DNA of 64,000 bases, taken from assembly GCA_018262985.1 (NCBI GenBank), contig JADFDI010000002.1:198532-262531 (forward strand), in the 5' to 3' direction. This DNA comes from Spirochaetota bacterium. Its GTDB lineage: Bacteria > Spirochaetota > Spirochaetia > Treponematales > UBA12059. The position numbers and the translations under genes are program-made. Numbering within the stretch: position 1 is the stretch's first letter; every line of letters begins with the position of its first letter. The notes below the pieces were generated by a model. It searched no databases. It was not told the DNA's origin and saw nothing but the letters and a program-made list of their open reading frames with translations. This document shows, piece by piece, positions 45,982-55,224 of this stretch.

Positions 45982-46848
45982 TTGAAAATCACGGAACGCA
46001 TTCGGAAGCTGCTCGGCATCGCGAAGGTTTCCGACGGCTTTTTCGACGAGCTCGCCGACCTGCTCGTGGAGGGCGATCTCGGCGCCGCGATCGCGTTCGC
46101 CGCGACCGACGAACTGAAGTCGCGATGCCGCGCCAAGGACCTAAAGGAAGGGGAGGCGATCCGCGCCGAGCTCAAGGCAGTGCTGGCCGCCTACGGCAAG
46201 GAGGCGGTCCCGGACCCCGGGAAGGCCGGGCTGGACGTCTTCCTGGTGCTCGGCGTCAACGGGGTCGGCAAGACCACCACCTGCGCCAAGCTCGCGCGGC
46301 GCTACCGCTCCGTGCCGGGGGGCACCATCCTCGCGGCTTGCGACACCTTCCGCGCGGCGGCGACGGAGCAGCTCAAGCTCCACGGCGAGCGCCTGGGCGT
46401 CCGGGTCGTGTCGCAGGGCGAGGGGGCCGACCCCGGCGCCGTGCTGTACGACGCCCTCGACGCGGCTCGCTCGGACGGCGCGGGCCTGCTGGTCGCCGAC
46501 ACCGCGGGGCGCATGCACACGAAGCAGAACCTGGTCCGCGAGCTCGGCAAGCTCGACAAGATCGCGCTCGCGCGCGTCCCCGCGGGACGCCTTTTCAGGC
46601 TGCTCGTGGTGGACGCCACCACGGGCCAGAACGCGCTCAGGCAGGCGGAGAGCTTCGCCGCCGCGGTGAGCGTGGACGCCCTCGTCCTCAGCAAGTACGA
46701 TTCCACCGCCAAGGGCGGGGTCGCCCTGGCGATAGCGAGGGAATTCGGCATTCCCACGGCGTACGTGGGCACGGGCGAAGGCCTCGACGACCTTTCCGAC
46801 TTCTCGCTCGACCGCTACCTCGACGAATTGACGGGTTCGGTCGCATGA
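45982..46848 (+). CDS. ftsY: Signal recognition particle receptor FtsY (short form, NG domain only)
   Basis: TTG start. Contains GVNGVGKTTTCAKLA, DTFRAAA, DTAGR and the TKYD equivalent SKYDSTAKGG. Confidence 0.9.
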   Translation: MKITERIRKLLGIAKVSDGFFDELADLLVEGDLGAAIAFAATDELKSRCRAKDLKEGEAIRAELKAVLAAYGKEAVPDPGKAGLDVFLVLGVNGVGKTTTCAKLARRYRSVPGGTILAACDTFRAAATEQLKLHGERLGVRVVSQGEGADPGAVLYDALDAARSDGAGLLVADTAGRMHTKQNLVRELGKLDKIALARVPAGRLFRLLVVDATTGQNALRQAESFAAAVSVDALVLSKYDSTAKGGVALAIAREFGIPTAYVGTGEGLDDLSDFSLDRYLDELTGSVA

Positions 46849-47924
46849 CGCGTCCCGCCCGGTTCTTCCCCTTGCTCGCTCTCCTGGCGTCCGCCTGGGC
46901 GGGCGCGCACGCCCAGGTCTCCTGGTGGGAGTCGGACGCCCTGGGCATGGCCTATCGCCCTGCGTCCGCGATCCTCGTTCCGGGACTCGAGTGGGCGCTC
47001 AAGGTCGAACGCGCGCCGGGCGCGGAGACGCGCGTCCTCTACCGCGAGGGGAAGGAGCATTCGCGGATCGAGCTCCGCATGGATGGCGCCGGCGCCGTGG
47101 TCTCGGAACGCGAGACCAAGGCGGACGGGTCTACCGTGGAGACCGGCTACCGTTCGCCCGGCCGGGTCGCGACGCGGACCGAGCGCTCGGCCGACGGCGA
47201 GGTTCGCGTGTCCGCGTTCGAATGGTCCGGGTCCTTGCTCGTCTCCGTCATCGTCAGCGACGCCTCGGGTACCGCGCTCTGGAAGGATTCCTACCGATAC
47301 TCCGCGGCCGGCGAACCCGCCGAGTTCCGCCGGACGGCGGCCGACGGATCCGTCCTCGTCGCGGGCTCCGCCGGCGCTACTTCCTGGCTGCAGGCCGCGG
47401 GCCTGTCGGCCTCCCGCGCCTACGACCCGAAGGGACGCCTGGTAGCGACTGTATCCGTGTCGGCCGGGGGCGTGCCCCGGAAGGAAACCAGCGAGTACGA
47501 GGGCGATTCGCGCGTTCCCGCCCGCGTCAGGATCGAGGAGGGCGACGCCGTCACCGTCCGCGTTTTCGACGCCTCGGGCCTCCTCGTCTCGGAGGAGGTC
47601 ACGCGCTCCGGAGTACCGGTCAGCGAACGGACGATCGCGAGGGACGCTTCTGGACGCGTGAGCTCGGAGACGCTGCGCTCGGCAGGCCGGACCTACGAAA
47701 CTACCTATGCCTACCGTTCCGACGGGTCGACGCTGCGCCTGGCGGAGCGGGTCGACGGCGTGATCGTCCGCGCGGTCGACTACGAAGCGGGCGGTCGCGA
47801 CTGGACCGAGTCGCTCTACGACCGCGGCGTCCTCTTCGCCCGCCTGAGGTGGTCCGAGGGCAGGCCGGTCAGCGAGGAGCTCTGGTCCGGCGGCGCCCTC
47901 GTGCGGGAACGGAGCCTGCCTTGA
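46845..47924 (+). CDS. Secreted protein built of YD/RHS-like repeats
   Basis: Its ATG overlaps the ftsY TGA (ATGA). Signal peptide LLALLASAWAGAHA/Q. Repeats include RAYDPKGRLVA, RVFDASGLLVS, IARDASGRVSS, YAYRSDGSTLRL. Confidence 0.6.
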   Translation: MTRPARFFPLLALLASAWAGAHAQVSWWESDALGMAYRPASAILVPGLEWALKVERAPGAETRVLYREGKEHSRIELRMDGAGAVVSERETKADGSTVETGYRSPGRVATRTERSADGEVRVSAFEWSGSLLVSVIVSDASGTALWKDSYRYSAAGEPAEFRRTAADGSVLVAGSAGATSWLQAAGLSASRAYDPKGRLVATVSVSAGGVPRKETSEYEGDSRVPARVRIEEGDAVTVRVFDASGLLVSEEVTRSGVPVSERTIARDASGRVSSETLRSAGRTYETTYAYRSDGSTLRLAERVDGVIVRAVDYEAGGRDWTESLYDRGVLFARLRWSEGRPVSEELWSGGALVRERSLP

Positions 47925-49231
47925 GGTCACGGAAAGCCTGGATCGGCTTCGTGGCCGTGCGCTGGTTCCGCGCTCGGCGCTCCGGGGGGGGCTTCGCGGC
48001 GACGCTGCTCGCGGCGGCCGGCATCGCCACCGGCTGCGCGGCGCTCGTCGTCGTCCTTTCGGTGATGAACGGCTTCCAGCTCGGCTTCATCGAATCGATA
48101 CTGGAGCTCGACAGCCACCACGTCAGGCTCGAGCTCGAATCGGGCGGACTCCAAACCGCCTCGCTCGCCGCGGCCTCGCTCGGGAGCTTCCCCGGCCTCC
48201 GCTCCGCGCTGCCCTTTTCCGAACGAGAGGCGGTCGCGCTCGGTCCCGGCTCCAGATCGTATCCGCTCCGCGTGAAGGTCCTTCCGCGCGACGCCGCCGC
48301 GCTCGACCGCGCGTTGTCCGAAGCCGTCGAGCTGCTCGCCGGCCTTCCTCCCGGCTCGCCCGGGCTCGCGGTCGGCGCCGAGCTTTCGCGGCTGCTCGGC
48401 GTCTGGGTCGGCGACGAGGTCGAGCTTCTCGTGGTGGACGCGGACGTCGAGGAGGGAGTGAGCGCCCGAACCGTCAAGGCCGTCGTCAGCGGAGTGTTCC
48501 GCTCAGGGTACTACGACTTCGACGCGGGACTCGCCTTCTGCGACGAAGCGCTCGGCGACGCCCTCGGCGAAGGCCGGCCCCTCGTCGGAATCAAGCTCGA
48601 AGACCGTTTCGACGCGCCAGCCGCCGCGGTCGGGCTTGCCTCCCTCGCCGGCCTCGACCGTTCCGCGGCCGTCGACTGGTCGGTCTACAACCGCTCCTTC
48701 TTCGGCGCGCTCAGGCTCGAGAAGGCGGTGATGATGCTGCTGGTGGGCCTCATCTTCCTCGTGGTGGGGGTGAGCATCTTCCACGCCATGCGCCGCGCCG
48801 TCTTCGAGCGCATGGAGGACATCGCCGTCCTCAAAGCCCTGGGCGGCGAATCGGGAGACCTTCGCACCGTGTTCACCCTCGAGGGCTTGGTTACCGGGCT
48901 CGCGGGCGCGATAGCGGGCGCGGCCCTGGGCCTGGCCATCGCGGCGAACGTCAACGAGGCGCTCGGCCTCGTCGAGGCCGCGGTCGGGGCCGTGCGCGCC
49001 CTGCCCGGGGCGGTCGAGCGGTTGCTCGGCGCGGCGGTCCCCGCCGGCGATCCGTCCTTCAAGATCTTCTCGCCCGCGTCCTTCTACCTGGTCGACGTCC
49101 CGTCCCGCCCCTTGCTGCCCGAAACCCTCTTCGTGGCCGCCATGGGCGCCTCCAGCGCCGCGGCCGCGGCCTGGCTCGCCGCCGCCAGGGTACCCCGCTT
49201 CAAGCCTTCGGAGGTCCTTCGCGATGAATGA
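47921..49231 (+). CDS. LolC/LolE-family lipoprotein-releasing system permease (FtsX/MacB type)
   Basis: TTG start overlaps the upstream TGA (TTGA). IGFVAVRWFRARR...VVLSVMNGFQ aligns with the LolC N-terminus. Four TM segments plus a periplasmic domain. Confidence 0.8.
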   Translation: MRSRKAWIGFVAVRWFRARRSGGGFAATLLAAAGIATGCAALVVVLSVMNGFQLGFIESILELDSHHVRLELESGGLQTASLAAASLGSFPGLRSALPFSEREAVALGPGSRSYPLRVKVLPRDAAALDRALSEAVELLAGLPPGSPGLAVGAELSRLLGVWVGDEVELLVVDADVEEGVSARTVKAVVSGVFRSGYYDFDAGLAFCDEALGDALGEGRPLVGIKLEDRFDAPAAAVGLASLAGLDRSAAVDWSVYNRSFFGALRLEKAVMMLLVGLIFLVVGVSIFHAMRRAVFERMEDIAVLKALGGESGDLRTVFTLEGLVTGLAGAIAGAALGLAIAANVNEALGLVEAAVGAVRALPGAVERLLGAAVPAGDPSFKIFSPASFYLVDVPSRPLLPETLFVAAMGASSAAAAAWLAAARVPRFKPSEVLRDE

Positions 49232-49904
49232 GAGCCTGATCGAATGCGCCGGCCTCAGGCGGGTGTTCGCGAGCGAGGTCGAAACCCTCGAGATCCTGAG
49301 GGGCGTCGACCTGAGCGTCGCCGCCGGCGAGAGCGTCGCGATCACCGGGGCCTCCGGCTCCGGCAAGAGCACCCTGCTCTCGATACTCGGCGGCCTCGAC
49401 GCCCCGAGCGAGGGAACGGTCCGAGTCGGCCCCTGGCGGCTCGACCGGAGCCCCGAAGCGAGGCTGTCCGAGTACCGCGCGTCCTTCGTCGGCTTCGTCT
49501 TCCAGTTCCACTACCTCCTCAAGGACTTCACAGCCCTCGAGAACGTCATGCTGCCCGCCTTCATGCGCGGCGTCGCGAGGCGCGAGGCCACGGAAAAAGC
49601 CCGTTCGGCGCTGGACGCGCTCGGACTCGGCTCGCGGCTCGACCATTTCCCGGCCCAACTATCGGGAGGCGAACGGCAGCGCGCCGCGATAGCCAGGGCC
49701 CTGGTCAACGACCCGCCGCTCGTGCTCGCCGACGAGCCCACCGGCAACCTCGACCCGGCCAGCGCCCGTCAGGTCGAGGAGCTCCTGTACGGCGCCTGCG
49801 CCGGGCGCTCCGTGACGCTCGTCCTCGTGACCCACGACCGGGGCATCGCCGCGCGCGCGGACCGTCGCTACACGCTCGCCGACGGGGAGCTTCTGCCGGC
49901 ATGA
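49224..49904 (+). CDS. lolD: Lipoprotein-releasing system ATP-binding protein LolD-like
   Basis: Walker [11 protein letters not shown], signature LSGGERQR, Walker [13 protein letters not shown]. Flanked by two LolC/E permeases. Confidence 0.85.
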   Translation: MNESLIECAGLRRVFASEVETLEILRGVDLSVAAGESVAITGASGSGKSTLLSILGGLDAPSEGTVRVGPWRLDRSPEARLSEYRASFVGFVFQFHYLLKDFTALENVMLPAFMRGVARREATEKARSALDALGLGSRLDHFPAQLSGGERQRAAIARALVNDPPLVLADEPTGNLDPASARQVEELLYGACAGRSVTLVLVTHDRGIAARADRRYTLADGELLPA

Positions 49905-51190
49905 AAGCCGCCCCGATCCTCTTCGTCGCCTTGCGGAACCTCCTCGGCAGGCGCGCTTCGGGCGGGCGCGATCTCGCCCGCAAGAGCCTTCGCGGGGCCG
50001 TGCTCTCGGTGGCCGCCAGCGTCGTACCCCTCGTGGTCGTCCTGGTGGTCACCGACGGCATGATCTCCGGCATCACCGACCGATACGTCGAGCTGGGCAC
50101 CATGCACGCCCAGGTCGTGCCCCGCTACGGCGCCGCGCACACGGCCGTCGACGAGGCCGCCGAGACCGTCCGCGCCCTGCCGGAGGTGCGCGGCGCGTGG
50201 CCGGAGATCCAGGCGGTGGGCGTCGCCTTCGCCTCGGGAACGCGCTCGGGTTGCGCGATCCGCGCCGTCGACCCGCTCTTCTTCGAGGATCCGGGTACGA
50301 AGCGGTTCCTCGGGATCCTCGAAGGCGAGGCGAAGCTTGGCGGCCCGCTCGACGCCGTCGTGGGTTCGGTTCTGGCGGGTGAACTGGGCGTCAGCGTCGG
50401 CGACACGGTCAACCTGGCCACGGTGAGGAGGGGCGACTCGGGCTTCCTGCCGCGCGTCTCGGTCTTCCGCGTGCGCGCGGTCGTATCCGCGGGCTATCGC
50501 GAGCTCGACGCGCGCTGGATCTTCATCCCCCTCGTCACCGGGCGGCGGGTGCTTTCGCCCGAGACCTCCCGTTCCGTCATCGGCGTCAAGTTCGCCGATG
50601 CGGACCGCGGCCTCGACGAGGGCGTCGAGGCGGTTCACGGCGCCCTCTCCGGCGGCTGGACGACCTACGGATGGCCCGAACTCGAGCGCAACCTCTACGA
50701 GTCGTTCCGCACGACGCGGGCCATCCTGCTGCTGATCGTGGGCCTCGTGGTGGCCGTGGCCGCGGCGAACGTATCGAGCGCCCTCGTCACCCTGGTCACC
50801 GAGCGCTCCTCGGAAATAGCCGTCCTGAAAAGCCTCGGCGCCTCGAACCGGGACGTGGCCCGCGTCTTCGTCGCGGGCGGCGTGCTGGCGGGGGGGCTGG
50901 GCGCGGCGCTGGGCCTCGCGCTGGGCCTCGCGGCCGCCGTCAACGTGAACGAGCTGCTCCACGCCATCGAGCTGGCGCTCGGCTTCCTCAAGAACCTCGC
51001 CCTGCCGGGCTCGGCCCCGGTCACCTTGCTCAATCCCGACTATTACCTGGAACGCATTCCCGTGGTCGTCGATCCCTTCGCCCTGACCGCCATACTCGCG
51101 GCGGCCCTCGCGCTATCCTACGTCGCGAGCCTGCTGCCGGCGGCCAAGGCCGCGCGCCTTTCCCCGCTCGAGATACTACGGAAGCATTGA
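49901..51190 (+). CDS. LolC/LolE-family permease (second)
   Basis: Its ATG overlaps the lolD TGA (ATGA). Starts [19 protein letters not shown]-terminal FtsX domain (LKSLGASNRDV). Confidence 0.8.
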   Translation: MKAAPILFVALRNLLGRRASGGRDLARKSLRGAVLSVAASVVPLVVVLVVTDGMISGITDRYVELGTMHAQVVPRYGAAHTAVDEAAETVRALPEVRGAWPEIQAVGVAFASGTRSGCAIRAVDPLFFEDPGTKRFLGILEGEAKLGGPLDAVVGSVLAGELGVSVGDTVNLATVRRGDSGFLPRVSVFRVRAVVSAGYRELDARWIFIPLVTGRRVLSPETSRSVIGVKFADADRGLDEGVEAVHGALSGGWTTYGWPELERNLYESFRTTRAILLLIVGLVVAVAAANVSSALVTLVTERSSEIAVLKSLGASNRDVARVFVAGGVLAGGLGAALGLALGLAAAVNVNELLHAIELALGFLKNLALPGSAPVTLLNPDYYLERIPVVVDPFALTAILAAALALSYVASLLPAAKAARLSPLEILRKH

Positions 51191-51215
51191 GCGGCCTCCG
51201 GACGGAGCGCGGCGC

Positions 51216-51244
51216 TTTTCAGGAGCGCTCCCCGAGTGTATAGT
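51216..51244 (+). promoter_or_regulatory. Candidate sigma70-type promoter of recA
   Basis: TTTTCA, 17-nt spacer, TATAGT (51239-44), 105 nt before the recA ATG. Confidence 0.3.
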
Positions 51245-51348
51245 GTCCACGTCCCGGCAGGCCGGGCGCCCGTCACCCGTCGAAAGCCGCGGCCTTCCGC
51301 AAGCGCCGCGAACGTTTCGGGGCGATCGGATCCCCAGGAGGATATTCC

Positions 51349-52572
51349 ATGGCACGCAACGATACCCCCACCACCCCCTCCGAGCGGGTGACCGATTCCG
51401 CGGAGAGGCTCAAGGCGCTCGAGGCCGCGCGCCTGCAGATCGAGAAGCAGTTCGGAGCGGGCTCGCTCATGAAGCTCGGTTCGCACGAGAACGCCCAGGG
51501 CATCGAGACCATCCCCACCGGCGCCATCCTCCTCGACGAAGCCCTCGGGGTCGGCGGCTATCCGCGCGGCCGCATCATCGAGATCTACGGACCGGAATCC
51601 TCGGGCAAGACCACCCTGGCCCTCCACGCCATCGCCGAGGCGCAGAAGAAGGGCGGCATCGCCGCCTTCATCGACGCGGAGCACGCGCTCGATCCGGTCT
51701 ACGCGAAGAACCTCGGCGTCAACATCGACGAGCTCTGGGTCAGCCAGCCGGACAACGGCGAGCAGGCCCTCGAGATCGCCGAGAGCCTCGTGCGCTCGGG
51801 CGCGGTCGACATCGTGGTGGTGGACTCGGTCGCCGCCCTGACCCCGCAGGCCGAGATCGAGGGCGACATGGGCGACGCGCACGTCGGCCTCCAGGCCCGC
51901 CTCATGAGCCAGGCGCTCCGGAAGCTCACCGCCACCATCGGCCGCTCGAAGACCATCCTCGTGTTCATCAACCAGATCCGCATGAAGATCGGCGTCATGT
52001 TCGGCAATCCCGAGACCACCACGGGCGGCAACGCCCTCAAATTCTACGCCTCGGTCCGCCTCGAGGTCCGCAAGATCGAGACCATCGAGAAGAATTCCGA
52101 GGAAGCCATCGGCAACAAGGTCCGCGTCAAGGTCGTGAAGAACAAGGTCGCGCCGCCCTTCCGCAAGGTCGAGCTCGAGATCATGTTCGGCAAGGGCATC
52201 TCGGCCACGGCCGCCCTCATCGACGCCGCCGTCAAGTACGAGATCCTCGACAAGAAGGGCGCCTGGTACACCTACGGCGACGAAAAGGTCGGCCAGGGCC
52301 GCGAGAACGCCAAGGCCTACCTCGAGGACAACCCCGCCACCGCGGCCGAGATCGAACGCCGCGTGCGCGAAAAGATGTTCCCCGGCAGGAACGAGGAGCA
52401 CGGAGGCGCTGCCGCCGCGCCCGCGGCCCAGGCGGCGAAACCCGCCGCCGCCCCGAAGCCGGCCGTCAGGATCGCCGAGGCCGTCGCCGAGACTCCGGTC
52501 GAGCCGGCGCGCAAGAGCCAGGCCAAGCCGGCGAAGCCCGCCGATGACCTCGACGAGGACAGCCTCTTCTGA
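51349..52572 (+). CDS. recA: Recombinase RecA with an about 55-aa low-complexity C-terminal extension
   Basis: Contains [22 protein letters not shown] and [31 protein letters not shown]. The tail is Ala/Pro/Lys-rich and ends DDLDEDSLF. Confidence 0.97.
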   Translation: MARNDTPTTPSERVTDSAERLKALEAARLQIEKQFGAGSLMKLGSHENAQGIETIPTGAILLDEALGVGGYPRGRIIEIYGPESSGKTTLALHAIAEAQKKGGIAAFIDAEHALDPVYAKNLGVNIDELWVSQPDNGEQALEIAESLVRSGAVDIVVVDSVAALTPQAEIEGDMGDAHVGLQARLMSQALRKLTATIGRSKTILVFINQIRMKIGVMFGNPETTTGGNALKFYASVRLEVRKIETIEKNSEEAIGNKVRVKVVKNKVAPPFRKVELEIMFGKGISATAALIDAAVKYEILDKKGAWYTYGDEKVGQGRENAKAYLEDNPATAAEIERRVREKMFPGRNEEHGGAAAAPAAQAAKPAAAPKPAVRIAEAVAETPVEPARKSQAKPAKPADDLDEDSLF

Positions 52573-52580
52573 AGGGGCGC

Positions 52581-53081
52581 ATGCCCGCGCTCGTCTACGT
52601 CGGCCTCGGCTCCAACTCCGGCGATTCCGAAGGCATACTCCGCGCGGCCTGCGCCGGGCTCGCGGAGTTCCTCCGGGGGCTCCGCGTCTCCTCCGCCTGG
52701 CGGAGCGCTCCGCGTTACGTGCTCGACCAGCCGGATTTCCTCAACGCCGTCGCCTCCGGCGAGTGCGCCCTCGAGCCCCCGGAGCTGCTCCGCCGCTGCA
52801 ACGCCCTCGAGGCCGCGCTCGGCCGCGACCGCGCGCGGGAGCGGGTCAAGGGCCCGAGGACCCTCGACCTCGACATCCTGCTCTATGGAAGCGAACTCGT
52901 CGACCTGCCGGACCTGAAGGTGCCCCATCCGGGGATGACGGAGCGCGCCTTCGTGCTCAGGCCCCTGCTCGAGCTCGATCCGGACCTGGCCGATCCGCGC
53001 TCCGGCCGCCCTTTCGCCGTCTTCCTCCCGTCGGTGGAAACGCAGGGTATTTACCCTGCGGGCCTGGCCGCTCTATACTGA
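52581..53081 (+). CDS. folK: 2-amino-4-hydroxy-6-hydroxymethyldihydropteridine diphosphokinase (HPPK)
   Basis: Contains YVGLGSN, QPDFLNAV, GPRTLDLDILLYG, PHPGMTERAFVLRPL. Confidence 0.85.
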   Translation: MPALVYVGLGSNSGDSEGILRAACAGLAEFLRGLRVSSAWRSAPRYVLDQPDFLNAVASGECALEPPELLRRCNALEAALGRDRARERVKGPRTLDLDILLYGSELVDLPDLKVPHPGMTERAFVLRPLLELDPDLADPRSGRPFAVFLPSVETQGIYPAGLAALY

Positions 53082-53088
53082 GCGGCCT

Positions 53089-53850
53089 ATGCCGGACGAA
53101 CAGGACAGCGGGGATAGCCGGAGCGGGGGAGAGGGCAGGCGTTTCCTCCTCCGCGATTTCGAGGGTCCCCTCGACCTTCTCCTCTTCCTCATCAAGAAGA
53201 ACGAGGTCTCCATCTACGACATACCCGTCGCCTCCATCACCGAGCAGTACCTCGCGGTGCTCGACTCGGGCGAGGTGGACCTCGAGGACCTGACCGAATT
53301 CTATTCGCTGGCCGCGACCCTGCTCTACATCAAGTCGCGCATGCTGCTCCCGGTGGAGGTCGACCTCGGCGAGGAGATCGACGACCCGCGCCGCGACCTC
53401 GTCGAGAAGCTCATCGAATACCAGAAGTACAAGAAGCTTTCCGAGCTCATGGAGGAGAAGGAACTCGAGGCCGAATGGTCGCTCGAACGGAAGAAGATCC
53501 AGCGCGTCCTGCCCTTCGGCGACGAGGAGGAGCTCTGGGACCGCATCGACGTGTGGGACCTCCTGACCTCGTTCTCCGGCCTCATCGGCAACCTCTCGAG
53601 CGAGCGCATCATCGACCTGTACGAGGAAGTCTCGATCAACGAGAAGATCACCCTGATCAACGAGCTCCTCGAGACCAGGGACTCCTTCGAGTTCACGGAG
53701 CTCCTGACGCGCGCGCATTCGACGATGGACATCGTCTGCGCCTTCCTGGCCATCCTCGAGGCGGTCAAGTTCCGCCTCATCTCCATATACCAGCATCGCC
53801 TTTTCGGCGACATACGGATACGCAAGCATGAACGACGAAGCGCTGCCTGA
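53089..53850 (+). CDS. scpA: Segregation and condensation protein A
   Basis: FEGPLDLLLFLIKKNEVSIYDIPVASITEQYL is the ScpA kleisin N-terminus. Followed by scpB. Confidence 0.85.
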   Translation: MPDEQDSGDSRSGGEGRRFLLRDFEGPLDLLLFLIKKNEVSIYDIPVASITEQYLAVLDSGEVDLEDLTEFYSLAATLLYIKSRMLLPVEVDLGEEIDDPRRDLVEKLIEYQKYKKLSELMEEKELEAEWSLERKKIQRVLPFGDEEELWDRIDVWDLLTSFSGLIGNLSSERIIDLYEEVSINEKITLINELLETRDSFEFTELLTRAHSTMDIVCAFLAILEAVKFRLISIYQHRLFGDIRIRKHERRSAA

Positions 53851-54463
53851 GGAAACAGGGGTGGAAGACCCCGAAGTCGCCGGAACGGAGGGGGCGTCGC
53901 CGCCGGGCGAACCGGGCGACCTGTCCCGCGAAGCGGCCATCATCGAGACCGTCCTCTTCCTGGAGACCGAACCGCTCGACCTCGCGGCACTCTCCCGGGC
54001 CAGCGGCCTCGGCAAGGACGTGGTGGAGCGCGCCCTCGAACTGCTCCGCGACGAGCTCTCCGGGCCGGCCCACGGACTCGAGCCGGTACAGGTCGGCGGG
54101 GGCTGGACCCTCGCTCCGAAAAAGGAACTCTGGGCCTCGCTCCGCGAGCGCTACGGCCGCAAGAACGAGCAGAAGCTCTCGAAGGCCGCGCTCGAGACCC
54201 TGTCCATCATCGCCTACAGCCAGCCCATCACCCGCGCGGAGATCGAGGCGATCCGCGGCGTCTCCGCGGACAACATGATGAGGCTCCTGATGGACCGGAA
54301 CCTCGTCCAGGAAGTCGGCAAGAAGGACGCGCCGGGCAAGCCCGTCCAGTACGGCACCACCCGGGACTTCCTCAAATTCTTCCGCCTCAATTCGATCTCC
54401 GAACTCCCCCGCCTCGACGACGTGGAGCGGGAGCGCTTCGCGCTCGAGGAAGGCGAGGAGTGA
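53828..54463 (+). CDS. scpB: Segregation and condensation protein B
   Basis: Contains IETVLFLETEPL, LSKAALETLSIIAYSQPITRAEIEAIRGV and PGKPVQYGTT. Overlaps scpA by 23 nt. Confidence 0.85.
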   Translation: MNDEALPEETGVEDPEVAGTEGASPPGEPGDLSREAAIIETVLFLETEPLDLAALSRASGLGKDVVERALELLRDELSGPAHGLEPVQVGGGWTLAPKKELWASLRERYGRKNEQKLSKAALETLSIIAYSQPITRAEIEAIRGVSADNMMRLLMDRNLVQEVGKKDAPGKPVQYGTTRDFLKFFRLNSISELPRLDDVERERFALEEGEE

Positions 54464-55215
54464 GCGGGACGGGGGAGGGGAACGGGGCCCCCTCCAAGGG
54501 CGAACGACTCCAGGCCCGGCTCGCGCACGCCGGCGTCGCGAGCCGCCGCGCCTCGGAGCTCGTCATCCTCGCGGGCCGGGTCAAGGTCAACGGCGAGACC
54601 GTCGCCGAGCTCGGCACCCGCGTCCATCCCGAGGACCTCGTCGAGCTCGACGGGAAGCCGCTCGGAGGACCCGAGCGGATCAGGCGCATAGCCCTCCACA
54701 AGCCCGCCGGCCACGTCTGCACCATGTCCGACCCCGAGGGACGCCCGACGGCGGCCTCCCTCCTGGCGGGAGCGGTGCCCGAGCGCGTCTACAACGTCGG
54801 ACGCCTCGACGCCTGGTCGAGCGGCCTCATCCTCTTCACCAACGACGGCGAGCTCGCCCGCGTGGCCGGGCACCCCTCGGGCGGAATCGAGAAGGAGTAC
54901 CTGGTCGACACGGACCTGCCCCTGCCCGGAGACTTCGCGGAAGCTTTCCTGCGGGGCATTCCCGAAGGCGGCGAACTCCTCAAGGCGGAGCGGGTCCTGG
55001 TCGAGGGGCCGAAGCGCGCGCGGGTGGTCCTCGTCGAGGGCCGCAACCGGGAAATCCGGCGCGCCCTCTCGTCCTTCTCGCTCCGCGCGCTTTCCCTGGT
55101 CCGGGTGCGCATCGGCCCGGTGACGCTCGGAACCCTCGCCCCGGGCGCCTGGCGCGAGCTCGATCAAGCCGAAACGGACGCCCTGATCCATCCGGAACCG
55201 CGAACTTCCGAGTAA
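54460..55215 (+). CDS. rluB: Pseudouridine synthase, RsuA/RluB family (S4 domain + catalytic domain)
   Basis: GTG overlaps the scpB TGA (GTGA). S4 domain: RLQARLAHAGVASRRASELVILAGRVKVNG. Catalytic domain: VGRLDAWSSGLILFTNDG. Confidence 0.8.
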   Translation: MSGTGEGNGAPSKGERLQARLAHAGVASRRASELVILAGRVKVNGETVAELGTRVHPEDLVELDGKPLGGPERIRRIALHKPAGHVCTMSDPEGRPTAASLLAGAVPERVYNVGRLDAWSSGLILFTNDGELARVAGHPSGGIEKEYLVDTDLPLPGDFAEAFLRGIPEGGELLKAERVLVEGPKRARVVLVEGRNREIRRALSSFSLRALSLVRVRIGPVTLGTLAPGAWRELDQAETDALIHPEPRTSE

Positions 55216-55224
55216 GGAAACCTC

